Below, piece after piece: positions 1 to 12,770 of a stretch of 64,000 nucleotides of DNA. A program made the position numbers and the translations under genes. The DNA is from Mobula hypostoma. Taxonomy: Eukaryota. Location of the stretch: positions 6,758,001-6,822,000 of the forward strand of contig NC_086108.1 of NCBI RefSeq assembly GCF_963921235.1. Reading direction: 5' to 3'. The notes beneath the pieces were generated by a model. The model was not told the origin of the DNA. It was given only the letters and a program-made list of their open reading frames with translations, and searched no databases. Position 1 is the stretch's first letter, and the number at the start of each line of letters is the position of its first letter.

Positions 1-295
1 GATTTGGTATGTCACCAGGACATCCAAGGCATCTACAAGGAGTGATGCCACAAAAAGGCAGCATCCATCATTAAGGACCCCCATCACCCAGGACATACCC
101 TCTTCTCATTGTTATCATCAGGGAGGAGGTATAGGAGCCTGAAGACACACACTCAACAATTCAGCAACAGCCATCAGATTTCTGAATGGACATTGCATTC
201 ACGAGCACTACCTCATACATTTTTTGCACTACTTATTTAAATTAACATATATAGTGTTTATTATTATGTATTGCAATGACCTGTTGCCACAAATA
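1..295 (+). mobile_element. Rex-Babar-type LINE 3' fragment
   Basis: Degenerate ASIIKDPHHPGHTLFSLLSSGRRYRSLK motif followed by an AT-rich 3' UTR; matches other copies in the window. Confidence 0.7.
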
Positions 296-679
296 AAAGA
301 CTGAAGCTCTGGTTTGTTTTGTCAGTGTCATTCCACTAATTTGAGAAGTCATCCAGATAATGGTGAGCTTCAGATCTGAAGTTTACCGTTATTGCAATCA
401 TAATGCTCATGGCAGACGTGGTAGTTTGCCAGTATAGTAAGACTTAAAATGTCTTTTATTTTCAGTAGGTTGCGCACAACCTTGTTTAGATGCTGACTGA
501 CCTGTTGAGTTCTTCTAGCATTCTGTATGTCTGTTTCATTAGTTACTGAGACTTCTGGGCAAACTTTCTAGTGCTTCATATATTGTATTGAGCCTGTAGT
601 CTTGGTTTAATACTGTTTCTACTCCGCTTAAAGGTTTCTACACTACTAGTTTTGACGATTTACTAATCTTTACTGATAA

Positions 680-1292
680 GAGTGTCTTGACAAGCTGCAT
701 CTTCATCTGGTATGTAAGCATCCAGGCATCGGACTGGAAGCCTATACAAAGGACTATGAGAACGGCTGAGAGGATCATGGGTCTCCCTACCATCCATTTG
801 GGACATGTATCAGGAGTGCTGTGTATGTAGGGATCCCACCCATCCAGCATACTCTTTGACTTCCTACCATCAGGCAGGAGACCTCAATGCATAAAAACAA
901 GAACGGCCAGGATGGGAAACAGTTTCTTTCCTCGGGTCATTAGGCTTCTGAACTCCCTGCCGCATCGCATTCGAAGTGTCACTGGTTAATCTGTTAGGCT
1001 TTGTTCCAGGTTACATTTGACTACAAATGTGTTCAAGTATTCTATGGCTTTGAGGGTAAGAAAACAAGACCATTTCCCGACTTGTTTTAATTCTTCACTA
1101 ATTTAAAAACCTTTTTTTGAAAAAAGGAGCACGTGCCTGACAATACTTAATTTATGCACTTTACTTTGTTTATTTATGCGTAATTCATCTTGCTTTCTTA
1201 AATTGTTGTGTGTGCTACTGTTCTTTACGCCCTGGTCCAGAGAAACCTCATCTCATTTGACAGTATATAGTTAAATGACAATAAACTTGACT
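680..1292 (+). mobile_element. Rex-Babar-type LINE 3' fragment, interrupted by an inverted local duplication (995-1136)
   Basis: Degenerate C-terminal motifs (WY..., HP..LFDFLPSGRR, NSFFP..IRLLN) and a caataaacttgact tail. Confidence 0.7.
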
Positions 1293-2581
1293 CTAGGTAA
1301 GTTTGAGATCTTGAGGCATCTTGACATCTACATGTCTCTAAAACTTATGAAAAATCTATACTTCAGCAAGATGGATTTCTCGTATTGTGGTTAGAAAGTT
1401 AGTTTCGTACTTAAACATGCAAAAAACTTGTAAGCATGCGTTCCTTTTTTTTAAGAAAAAGTTTTTAGATTAGTGGAGGTCTAAAGCAAGTCGGGAAATG
1501 GTCTTGTTTTCTTACTCTCAAAGCCAATAGGGTACTTTGAACACATTTGTCGTCAAATGTAACCTGGAACAAAGCCTAGCTCTTAAGCTTTCTATCGTAG
1601 CTGGCTTTACTAGATGTTAGTGTCATTTGCTTCCTGTTTAAAATGTGACGGATCAGAGTTTTAGTCATAACTAATCGGCTTTGCGCTTTAGTTTTGCCTT
1701 TTGTTGAAGATTTGACTTCAGGCACAGATTAATGAATGGGTTTTAAAAAGAATTCCAGATGTCTATGTGCACTTAATCATGGCAAAAATGTTTTTTCATT
1801 ATGGAAGATCTTGTGACTGAAATGTAAAATCTTAAACCACCGCATGCAGGTTTTGTGCTTTTATCTTTGTGTCTGTCATACCAGATAAGATGCAAGATGA
1901 AGCTGGGGGTCGGTGCGAGTGCAGAGGGAACCATTTTTTTAAAATCAGCTGGTGTCCTTGTAAGTCTGGTGACTAACAACTTGTGATCAGTGTGCAATTA
2001 ATGTTGAAGATTTGCAGCAAATATTTGGAAATTCAAGCAACAATATTGCATGATTGGTAACATTAGTAATCATTGATTTTTTTTCCAACTAGTTAACGAG
2101 TTTGCGGTGATGTCAGCTTTTTATAGAACTTTATGATGGGTCAACAGCACAATTGGTGATAAATGCTAAAATTTATAACCATAACGTGCACTTTAATCTT
2201 ATGCTCACTTCCGTTATTCACGAGGTCGCTGATTAAGACCATTCTTGCTGGAGCGTTTTATTCTTGATTTGTTTTTCTAATGAAAATAAGGCACTACCAG
2301 GATCAAGAACAGTTACTACCCCTCAGCCAGTAGGCTCTTGAACAAAAGAAGATAACTACACTCATCTTTTGAGATGCTCCCATAACCACTGATCTCACTT
2401 GAAGGACTCTGTCCTGTTGTTTCATGTTTGTGTTACTTATTGCTATTTATTTATATTTGCATTTGTACAGTTTGTCTTCAGTGCTCTTGCTCTTTTGATC
2501 CTGTTTACAGTTGCTATTCTATAGATTTACTGGGTATGCCCACAGGAGAATGAATCTCAGGGTTGTATGTAGTGACATGTC

Positions 2582-2780
2582 GGCCAGTGGTGTAGTGGCA
2601 TCTGCACCGGACTTCGAGGCAAGTGCTCCCGGGTTTGAATCTGGCCAGCTCCTTGCTCATTTTCTGTCTGTGTTAGGCTGAGCGTTGAGCTAACAACTCG
2701 ACCTTGTTTTAAAAAAACACACCAAAAGATACAGCAAGGAATGCTGCCCGATGCGCCACAAAGCGTGGAAAAGAGCAACG
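2582..2780 (+). mobile_element. tRNA-derived SINE (second family), inserted in a Rex-Babar 3' UTR (2288-2810)
   Basis: A-box-like tggtgtagtgg and B-box-like ggtttgaatct in the head. A homologous copy lies at 6167-6362. Confidence 0.65.
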
Positions 2781-4234
2781 ATGATGTGAAATACGTACTC
2801 CTTTGAACTCAGAATTTTTTAATACTTTGTCTCTGCATCTTGTGAAGTTGTGATTTCTCATAGATCTGGAGATCTTGTACTTCATCCGGTGTAGTGTGTG
2901 AAATCAAAGGCAAGTACGCAGCTGATAAAACAGCTTTTAGCGCAAATTTTTTTTTCAGTGGTAGGGAAGATTTACTAGCGAAGTGTAAACTGTCTGGTTG
3001 CTTTTTGGTAGAGAATGTTGATTTGTCAATGATAGTTGCTTAGTACTGATAACTTGTACCTCTTGCCCTTGGGTGGTACCTGAAGATTGGAGATTGGGTG
3101 TCATTACCAGGAGCTCCAGAGCCCTTCCATCTGAATTAAGGGCGAGGTTTGATTAATCTAAGTGTCAGACCAATTTGAAAAGATTGGGAACGTGGTAGTG
3201 GGGTCCAGGCCCAGAGCGTATTGATGCGATAGGACGCAGGTCCTAGTACGGGGATGACCTGATGTTTGGACATTTTAAATGCCAGGCCAGATGGTGTTGG
3301 AACTGGATGTGAGGGCTGGGCCAATTCTGTTCGCTGCTTTGTGACATTCGTTCCATTCTTTGCTGCACTGAGGCTGTGGGCTGCTTCAGGCTTTGTGTCA
3401 GAGAGCTCTGTGACAGTTTGCTCCACTGTGTGATAAGCTGACGCTGTAGGCCTGCCCCGGGCTTCCTGTCTATGGATTTACTTTTGTTCTGAGTACTGTT
3501 GCTTGCTTTTATTGTTTGCATGATTCGTATTTTTTTGGTCTCTCTGCGCATTGGGTGTTGGTTGGATTTTTTTTCTGATTTTTTTTGTGGCTGCTTGTAA
3601 GGAGGTGAATCTGAGAGATGTATAATGTGTACATAATTTGATAAATGTACTTTAAACTTTGAGCTGGCTGATAATATCTAATGCAGTCTCAGACATGGAT
3701 CATGGGAGGTGCTTGAGGGGGTACATTGTTTGATCCCCCCATGTGACCTTCTAACCAGTGGTGGTGATTTTTGACTGTAGAAGGTGGCTCTTGAGATATG
3801 ATGAATAATCTTAATGTTTTTTAGGATCTCGTTGTGGACTTTTTTTCCTCAGGGTGATATTCTGGAGCATGAGCAGAATGATATCTTAATCATCTGAAAG
3901 AAAAATGACAGTCTCAGGACTGTTTTTTTTGTATGCTTCAGTAACTGGTTCATGGCATGTGTCTTGTCAACCTGCACGGGTGATCTCCATATTGCACCTC
4001 TGACTGATGATGACGTTATCTTGGTTCTAGAATTAAGTTGCACAATAGTGCTCTGTTTATCCCTGCATGTTATCCCCAGTCTTGTGGAGAAAACTTTAGA
4101 GGTTGTGTGTAATATTGCGGCAAGGGTGGAACTTAACAGAATTGGAATCAAGAATAGTCCATTTGGCCTATTGTTCTGTTATTTAGTGACATGGTAGCTG
4201 ATTGTGACCTTGAAGCCATCTTCCTATAACAGTG

Positions 4235-4720
4235 GTTGGTGCTTAAGGCAGCAATGATGGTCCTTCATCTCTCTGTCCTTGGCTATCTTCTCTATTGTGT
4301 GCCAGGTGTGGTTCAGTGTCCTCATTTCTGCCTTCCGGTAGGGTGCCAAGTTGCATTTGGTCTCCTGTGTTTCTTCTGCCCTTCAGGGTTCCAATGAAAT
4401 GCAGCCTTGATGATGGAGTTGGCCTCTCTTCTCATCTTGTGCCCAATCCATCTCCAGTGTTTTCTCATGGTGATTGTGGCCATGTCTTCTTGGTGACACT
4501 GAAGGAGTAGCGGGTGGTTGGAGATTTTTCTCAGCCAGAATATATGGAGGATCTTCCGGAGGCTCATGGTGTGGAATGACAAGGTCACTCTCTGTCATGT
4601 ACCAGCATTCTGACCCGTACAAGAGTGTGGACAGAACATAGCTTTGGTACAACTTCACCTTGGTGTGGATGCTCTACTTGGTTGATCCCCATATGTTGCT
4701 CATTAATCTCAAGACATTAC
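4235..4720 (-). mobile_element. RTE-clade LINE 3' fragment
   Basis: Frameshifted ORFs KLYQSYVLSTLLYGSECW and LRKILHIFW..ISN..RWIGH..W.PEG.K.RRP..TW, typical of the RTE C-terminus. Confidence 0.85.
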
Positions 4721-5439
4721 TAAAATCTCTTGAGAGTTTTCAATGATTTGCTGTCCTCCAGTTGAAGAAATTTATTATCTCAGTCGTAAATGGCCAACTC
4801 AAAGTTTCAGAGTACTTATTATCAAAGTATGTATGCAGTGTTCAACCCTGAGATTCGTTGATGTAGTCATTGCTGTGAAGATGCTTGTTGTCTACCTTGA
4901 TGGATGCTGTTTACATTGCAACTCCAAGTATCCCTTTGGAGTATGACAACACACATTTGGATTTTTTTTCACTGTAGAAAATGGTAGGCAAATCTGTCTG
5001 TAACTACCACAGTTTGTCTCCTTTCTTGAAGACTATTATTCTGGCCTTATGGGTTGCTTGTCGTGGTCTTTTCCCAGGTGGTTAGGTTGTGAATATCTGC
5101 CAGAAGTTTCCCTTTGGCAGGTTTTTAGAGTGTCAGTGGACTCTGGAGGCCTTGTTGAGTTTTCACTCGTCAGACGAGAGTAATGGTAAGATTGTACAAC
5201 ACTTGCCTCAGGGCAGAGTTTAAGGCGTTTCAGTTATTTTCCCAGTGTCTTCTGTTGGCCTCTCTGAACTCAACAATGAGGTTAGTACCTTTTGTGTTTG
5301 GAACTCATCATTGGGAAAAATCCACAGAAACAGTCCTTTTGGCCCATCTAGTCTGTGCTGAACTATTATTTGACCCAGACCATAGACCCCTGTGCCCCAC
5401 ACCACTTCAGCTGGCAGCTTGTTCTACACTCATTTGATA

Positions 5440-5700
5440 AGATAGTGTAGAATAGACCCTTCCGTCCCTTGGAGCTGCGCTGTTTAGCAGCCCTTGATTT
5501 AACCCCAGGCTAATCACAGGACAATTACAATGATCAATTAACCTACCTGGTATGTCTTTGAACTGTGAGAGGAAACTGAAGCACCCGGAGGAAACCCATG
5601 CAGTCAAGGGGTGAATGTACCAATTCCTTGCAGGCAGTGGTTGGAATTGAACCCATGTCACTTGTACTGTAAGGCATTGTGCTGATCACTACACTACCAT
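5440..5700 (-). mobile_element. HE1-like V-SINE
   Basis: Reverse complement contains the V-domain gggtttcctccgggtgcttcagtttcctctcacagttcaaagac, a tRNA-like head and a CR1-like tail. Confidence 0.8.
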
Positions 5701-6166
5701 TCCACCCACGCATCACCTTCTGGGTAAAGAAGTTCCCCCTCAAGTTCTCTGTAACTCCAGGTTCTTGAAGGTTCAAGGTACATTTATTATCAAAGAACGT
5801 ATGCAGCATCCAACTCTGAGAATCGTCTTCTCCAGACAGCCATGGATCAAAGAAAACCATGGAAAGCATTCAAAGAAAAACATCAACTCTCTCCCCCATG
5901 CACATACACAAAAAAAGTTAAAGTATGTATATGTTACCACATACTATCTTGCAATTCATTTTCTTGCAGGCACTTTACAGGAAAATAAAGAAATACAGTA
6001 GTATTTATAAAGGACTGTGCATAAAAACTAGCAAACAACCAATGTGCAAATACAAAAATTAAATAATACTGAGCATATCATTGAGGCACGCAAGCCTCCA
6101 AACCCTGCAACAAGGTGGTTGTCCTCTTGGCCGGTAGAGTTGTATTACTCTACTCTTACTTGCAGC

Positions 6167-6362
6167 TGTCCAGTGGTGTAGTGGCATTGGCACCAGACTT
6201 CGAGGCGAGTGGCCCCGGATTTGAATCCGGCTGGCTCCTTGCACCCTTTCCACCCATGCTGGGTTGAACATTGAACTAGCAACTCTGTCTTGTAGAAAAA
6301 CAACAGACAAATTACTAAAGAAATAGCAAGGTTGTGCCTTGAGGCGTGGAGAGGAATAACCT
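6167..6362 (+). mobile_element. tRNA-derived SINE (same family as 2582-2780)
   Basis: cagtggtgtagtggcattggcaccagacttcgaggcgagtggccccggatttgaatccgg head, colinear with 2582-2780. Confidence 0.65.
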
Positions 6363-7004
6363 CCTTATTTATCAAGTATAAACCATGATTTGGTGGTATA
6401 CTTCAAGCTTTAGTCAGATGTCATTCCGGAAACCTTATTTTTGGAAAAGCATTCCTATTGGCTGCATATTAAAGCTTTTGGAACAAAGTAATACTGTTCT
6501 CTAGTGTATTGTAGCAAAAAAAAAAGGCTTTGTGAGGTCCAAGCTACCTTGTAAAGAATATTGCATCATCGTTTAAGCTGCAATCTTGTTGGATTGCTGT
6601 AATCAATTCCAGGAATTTAAGCAATGTCCAACCAGCCTGTAGTGTTTATATGATTGTAATCTTAGTACCTCAGCCCTCATTGCCCAATTAACCTCTTCCC
6701 TTTTTTGCCTCGCTTGTTAAGTACCTCCTTTGTAAAGAGCATGGCAAATGTAGGATGATTGAGGTGGTATAAAGTGGGTTAGCTGACAAAGTGGAGAATT
6801 AACCAGATGTATTTTCCACATCCATACTCTTTGCCGATCCTGTCAATCAAAAATATTTAGTGTTTAGTATTAGATTTTTGCTGCTGATTGCATGATTTTA
6901 TTTTTTCACATATGGGTGTGGGGGGGGGGTTCCATGGTTTTCTTTGTTTTGCAGCTGTCTGGAGTAGACTAATCTTGGTTGCACACAGTTTTGGTTGCCC
7001 CACT

Positions 7005-7172
7005 GTTTTCTCCTATCATTTTGGATCTCCCCCTCCCACTTTCAAATCTCTTACTAGATCTTCCTTCAGTTAGTCTTGATGAAGGGTCTCAGCCCGAAAC
7101 GTCGACTGTACCTCTTCCTAGAGATGCTGCCTGGCCTGCTGCGTTCACCAGCAACTTTGATGTGTGTTGCTA
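7005..7172 (+). mobile_element. Penelope-like element terminal (pLTR) fragment with a mutated hammerhead motif (7072-7107)
   Basis: Nearly identical to 41440-41612. Core reads agtc-TTGATGA-agggtctcagccc-GAAA-cgtc-gact (C3 changed to T). Confidence 0.8.
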
Positions 7173-7184
7173 GAATGGTGAGGA

Positions 7185-8262
7185 TTTAGGGATGGACCAG
7201 AAGAGGTTTACCAGGGTACTGCCCGGTTTATCACAAGAGGCTGGATAAACTTGGGTTGTTTTCTCTGGAGGGACGGCTGAGGGGAGATCTGTTAGAGGTT
7301 TACAGGGTTATGAAAGGCATAGATAGAGTGGACAGGGAGTATCTGTTTCCCAGGGTTGAAATGTCTAATACCAGATGGCATGCATTGAAGGTGAGAGGGG
7401 GTAGGTTCAAGGGGTATGTGAGGGGTAAGTTTTTTCCTCAGAGTGGTGGACGCTTGGAACGTATCTCCTGGTATGGTGGTAGAGGCGAACACATCAGAGG
7501 CTTTTAAGAATCTAAGGGAAAGATACCCCCAGGGGTGCCCGAGAGGGGGGGAGGATGAGCACCCCAGTCAGATGAGCACCCCAGTCGGATGGACACAACG
7601 ACATCAGATCCAGGCAATGAACAAACGACGATGAGGAAGCAGTGTGCATGTGGCAAAATCTGCAAGAATGATTGCGGCTTGAAGATCCACCAAGCGAGGG
7701 TGAAGTGTTTGGCGGGAGCAGGAGCAGCACAACGCACAGGTGTCCAACCTGGCGAGACGAAGGAGGGGCCAAGCCCGGAGTCACCCCATAGTGCCCGGAA
7801 CCTCCAAGTGTTGCAAACTAATCCCTCTAACATGAAGTCTAACAGGAGGCAGACCAAATGGCCTGCAGCTAACATGACTTCACTGTGGACCCATTCTTTA
7901 GTTAGAGCCTTCAGCATTTTGGGCATCGAGGGAGAGAGGAAGAGGAGAGCCATCCGCAGTACCACCGATGTGGCTCAAAAGAGGGGAGCCATGGAGTCAT
8001 AAGTAGCTAGCCATCTGGACACAAGCTGGGGCCTGATCAGCCCCGGCTGGGTCACCTAGAGGAGGTTGTATGATGTTGAAAGACCCGAAACACCCGATGA
8101 TTCCAGGAACATCACTGAAGATGTGTCCAGAAGCATCAATAGATGTATGTACACAGCAGAGACGTTTGGATAGACACATGGATGTAAGGAAGCTTGAGGG
8201 ATATGCATATGATGTAGGTAGGAGGGATTTAGCCTGTTCCTGTGCTGTACTCTTTTACGTTC
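7185..8262 (+). mobile_element. CR1/HER1-like LINE 3' fragment, split by a HERO insertion
   Basis: ORF FSLE.RLRGDLLEVYRVMKGIDRVDREYLFPRVEMSNTR.H. The host sequence ...ttttaaga / gacgtttggatag is contiguous in the copy at 58130-58590. Confidence 0.85.
7511..8157 (+). mobile_element. Internally deleted HERO (R2/NeSL-related) non-LTR retroelement
   Basis: N-terminal CxCGKICKNxxGLKIHQARxKC...QRTG..PGET...SPHSA...KWPAAN is fused to C-terminal SLVRAFSILGIEGERKRRAI, followed by a HERO-type 3' UTR. Family recognised from memory. Confidence 0.75.
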
Positions 8263-8914
8263 AATGTATACTGCATACATACTTTGATAAATGCACTTTG
8301 AACTTTAATTAATGTGGAGGAGGAAGCAAATTAACGCTTCTTAAAATGTAGTGCTACCACGTGCCTTTTCATTGGCTGATTTAAAATTATTTCGAAATGC
8401 CACTAGAACCTATGCACGCCTTTGTTTTAAAAATAATCACCAGGGTAGTTGCTATACCTGACTCTACATCCTGTCATTCCCTCTGTTTGTCAGTCAACTT
8501 TTAAAATTAAGGTCTTTCTTCTTGACAAATTTATATATGGTTTTGCTTTTCCTCTGCAGATTCAGGCACTAACAGCTTTTTTTTTAGAGTAGATCCTAAT
8601 TGGCTTAACTAGCTGTTGTAATAAGAGCTGTTTGGTTGAGAGGATAATGTTGCCTGGCGCACAATCTCTGGTCTTTGAAAATATGCTATAGGATCTGTTT
8701 TAACTATTTAAAAATTGGGCAAGCTTTTCAGCCCTGCTCAGTGTATCTGGGGAAATCATAATGATATTGTAGTGCTCTCAATACAGCATAGAAATGCCAC
8801 TTTTGAATTTTTTAGAATTTTTTCAGTACATAGTTGTGAACTTTAAACAGATCTGTAACATATGATACCTGTGTTGTTCAAGATGAATTCTGGTTGCTGA
8901 TATTTAATTATTAT

Positions 8915-9402
8915 GTTATTGAAATCCTACAAAAGGTAGTGGATTTGGCTCAGTACATTACGCGTAAAGCCCTTCCAACCATTGACCACATCTGCATGAA
9001 ACTGCTGTTGTGGGAAAGCAGCATCCGTCATCAGAGATCTCCACCACCCAGGACATGCTCTCTTCTTGCTGCTGCCATCAGGTAGAAGGTACAGGAGCCT
9101 CAGGACATGCACCACCAGGTTCAAGAACAATTACTACCCTACAACCATTGGGCTCTTGAATAAAAGACGCTAATTACACTCACTTGCCCATCCATTGAAA
9201 TGTTTCTACAACCAATGATCTCACTTTAAGGACTCTTTATCTCAATATCTCATGTTCTCATTATTTATTGCTATTTACTTATATTTGCATTTGCATAGTT
9301 TGTTGTCTTCTACAGTGTTTGGTCTTTCATTGATCCTGTTATAGTTACTATTCTATAGATTTTGCTGAGTGTGCCCACAAGATAATGAATCTCAGGCAGT
9401 AT
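8915..9402 (+). mobile_element. Rex-Babar-type LINE 3' fragment
   Basis: ILQKVVDLAQYITRKALPTIDHI... HPGHALF.LLPSGRRYRSL motifs; shared 3' UTR. Confidence 0.8.
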
Positions 9403-9419
9403 ATGAGAGGTATCTTAGA

Positions 9420-9932
9420 GTCGTAGAAAAGTAGAGCACAGGAACAGGCCCTTTGGCCCATCTAGTCCATGCCAAACTATTTGAACGACCATAGCTCTCC
9501 ATAACTGTACCATCCATGTACCTATCCAAATTTCATTTAAACATTGAAATCGAGCCTGAATGCTCCACTTGTGCTGACAGGTCATTCCACACTGCTGAGT
9601 GAAGAGGTTTTTCCCTCATGTTCCCCTTAAACATTTCATCTTTCACCCATAGCCTTTACTTGGTATCCAACCCAACCTCGGTGTAAAAAACTGACTTGCG
9701 TTTAACCTACCAATGCCCCTCATAATTTTGTATACATCTATCAAATCTCCTCTCAATCTTCTACATTCCATGCCTTACAACTCGGATACTCCAGACCCAC
9801 CACCATCCTTGTAAATCTCCCTGTACTCTTTCACCTTATTTGTATCTTTTCTGTAGGTAAGTGACCAAAACTACACACAGTACTCCAGATTAGGCCTCAC
9901 CAATGTCTTATACAACTTCAACATAACATCCC
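9420..9932 (-). mobile_element. CR1-like LINE 3' fragment
   Basis: Reverse complement has the CR1 tail (actagatgggccaaagggcctgttcctgtgct) and LYKTLVRPNLEYCV.FWS coding remnant. Confidence 0.75.
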
Positions 9933-10369
9933 ATTCAGTGGGAGAGACCTGTGTTATGTAGAATTTTGCAGAATGAGAAATGAGCTCATTGCCACAAAAT
10001 TCCCATAGGGTTTGACATGGAGAATGTTTTCTGTGACTAAATTGTCTGGAATTGGGTCATTCTTAGAATTAAGAGTAAGTTAGTTACATAGTGTTCAGAC
10101 ATTTCTTTATTTGGATGGTAGTGAATTCTTTGACCTGGGGCTATGAAAGCCCATTCACTGAGATGAAAAATGGAGATTTTTCTGCACCAAGGTGGAAATT
10201 TTGGTTATGAAATTAAGTAATTCTTGATCCAGAGGGCTGCTTCAGAGCAAGACTTCCACTTGTGGCTGGTCCCCCACTGTCTAGGAGGCTGAGTTAATTG
10301 CACTTGTATAATTTCATAACTGCATTGTCTCTGTATTATGTGCTGAAGTAGGAAAGGGAGCCAGTCAGT

Positions 10370-10952
10370 GTTCTATAGATGTGTAGTGGAGAGTATATTG
10401 ACTGACTGCATCATGGCCTGGTATGGAAACACCAATGCTTTTGAATGGAAAAATCCTACAAAAAGGTAGTGGATTTAGCTCAGTGCATCACGGGTAAAGG
10501 CTTCCCAACCATTGAGCACATCTACGTGAGACGCTGCCATAGGAAAGAAATATCCATCGTCAGAGATCCCCAACATTCAGGTCATGCTCACTTCTAACTG
10601 CTGCCATTGGGTAGATGATACAAGAGCCTCAGGACTCACTCTACTAGGTTAAAGACCAGTTAATGTCTCTCAACCATCAGGTTCTTTAACAAAAGAGGTT
10701 AGCCACCCTCACTTGGCCCACAGCCAACAATCTCACTTTAAGGACTCATTATCACATGTTCTTGTTATTTTTGCTATTTATTGATATTTGCATTTGCACA
10801 GTTTGTTGTCTTCTGCACTCTGGTTGTTCTTGCATTGATCCTGCTATAGTTACTATTCTATAGATTTGCTGAGTATGCCTGCAGGAAAATTAATCTCAGG
10901 GTTGTATATGGTGCATTATATGTACTCTGATAATAACACTTACTTTGAACTT
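10370..10952 (+). mobile_element. Rex-Babar-type LINE 3' fragment flanked by about 135 bp direct repeats
   Basis: FYRCVVESILTDCIMAWYGNTN... with tail tactttgaacttt. Flanks 10224-10360 and 10954-11085 are homologous. Confidence 0.85.
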
Positions 10953-11394
10953 TTTGATCCGAAGGGCTGCTTCAGACCTGTGGCTTTGATCCACATACCC
11001 TCCATGCCTAGGAGGCTGAGTTAGTTGTTTGTGTATAACTTCATAACTGCACTGTATCTATTATATGCTGAAGTAGGGAAGGGAGATGGTGAGAATTGTC
11101 GTAGACATACATCACCGTCCTTTCAGCTGACTTTGTTCATGGGTTCAAAGGGCAGAATCCTCCATGGTCTCCAGAATAATTGCATTGTTTCCTAGTGTGG
11201 TGATCAGAACAATACATCTTAGTCAGTCCAAATCAGTAGCAGGAAGAGAACAGGAGGGGCCAGTTCGTGTTTGGTTGCCACTGAACGGCAGTTACTTAAC
11301 CACATTGCCATTTAAATATTTCATTTTAATCTCAAGTGCTTCAGTGTTTTAATGTTCACATGCAAAAATTAAAAAAAAGTCATGAGCCAGTATT

Positions 11395-11720
11395 CATGGG
11401 TTCAGTGTCCATTGTGAAATTGGGTGGTGGGAAAGAAGCTGTTTCTGAAATGTAGCATGTATGCCTTCAGGCACCTGCAGTTCTTCCAGACGGTTGCAAT
11501 GATAAGAGGGCATGTCCTGGGTGATGGGGGTCCTTAATGATGAACACTGCCTTTCTAAGGTATCGCTCTGGATGCTGGGGAGGCTAGTGCCCATGATGGA
11601 GCTAAGTTTACAAACCTCTGCAGCTTATTTCAATCCTGTGCAGTAGCCATCACCCCCACCCCCACCCCCACATAACAGACGGTGATGCAGCCAGTTAGAA
11701 TACACTCCATGGCACGTTGG
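11395..11720 (-). mobile_element. Rex-Babar-type LINE fragment
   Basis: ORF remnant MGTSLPSI...; reverse complement of copies such as 47380-47885. Confidence 0.7.
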
Positions 11721-12252
11721 TGGAAATTCACAACTGCATTCAACAAGTTGGTTATGAAGTTACATGAGTAATTTTAAAGAGATTTTGCGGTGTAGCTTTG
11801 TGACTCAGGCACTAAAACCTCAAAGCATTTACTCAAAGTTTGTACCCAAAACCAATGCATTGGTGCTTGTAATATAAGCATTTCCAAAGACACAATGAGG
11901 ACACTGGGTAAGGTCTGAATTATAATAATTTGTTTTAATCTTTACTCCCTGTAACACCTATATGTTGAGCTGGTGGTGGTGCCAAGGCATTAAGCTGGTT
12001 GATTTGTTAATCAACAGCAGAGAAATTTGGTGCATTTTGAAACTCCCCTAATAAATTGAGTTCACATTATCTCTGTTCAGGTGAATTCTGGAGTAGGGTA
12101 TATACAAACATTAATTTCAGCAGCAACCAATCTTCCTATTTGAATGTGGATTGTAGATTGAATGTACAATAATAGCCTTCCTGGAGTTCAAGATTGGGGT
12201 TGAGTACAAACCTATTGACTTGATGTCTGCGTATGTGTGAATCCAGACAATG

Positions 12253-12645
12253 TTCAAAGTTTAAAAATAAATTTTATTGTCAGAGTACACATGTCACCAC
12301 ATACAACCCTGAGAGTCATTTTCCCATGGGCATACTCAGCAAATCTATTGAATAGTAACTATAAATAGGATCAATGAAGATCAACCAGAGTGCAGAAGGC
12401 AAATGCAAATATAAATAAATAACAAGAGCATGAAATAACAAGAGAAAGGGTCCTTGATGTGAGATCATTGGTGTGGGAACATCTCAATAGATGAATGTAG
12501 TTATCGGCTTTTGTTCAAGAGCCTGATGGTTGAGGGTTAGCAACTGCTCTTGACTGTGGTGCAAGTCCTGAGGCTCTTTTACCTTCTGTTTAGAGGCAGC
12601 AATGAGGAGAGAGTATGGCCTGAGTGGTGAGGATCTTTGAGACAA
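12253..12645 (-). mobile_element. Rex-Babar-type LINE 3' fragment
   Basis: Reverse complement of the 8915 and 10370 3' UTR, beginning ttcaaagtt. Confidence 0.75.
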
Positions 12646-12770
12646 CGCTGATTAATATTCTTGTTGAGTGTCTGGCGTGTGGGTGTGAAAAAGGTGTTTG
12701 GAAACTATATAATTCAAAGGAAGCATTGTAACTATAGAATTGTCCTGCAGTTACCTTTGATCATTAGCGC

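Noticed and set aside
2582..2660. tRNA gene
   Set aside because: Degenerate B box, no convincing acceptor stem, and it continues into a repeated SINE body. The same applies to the HE1 heads.
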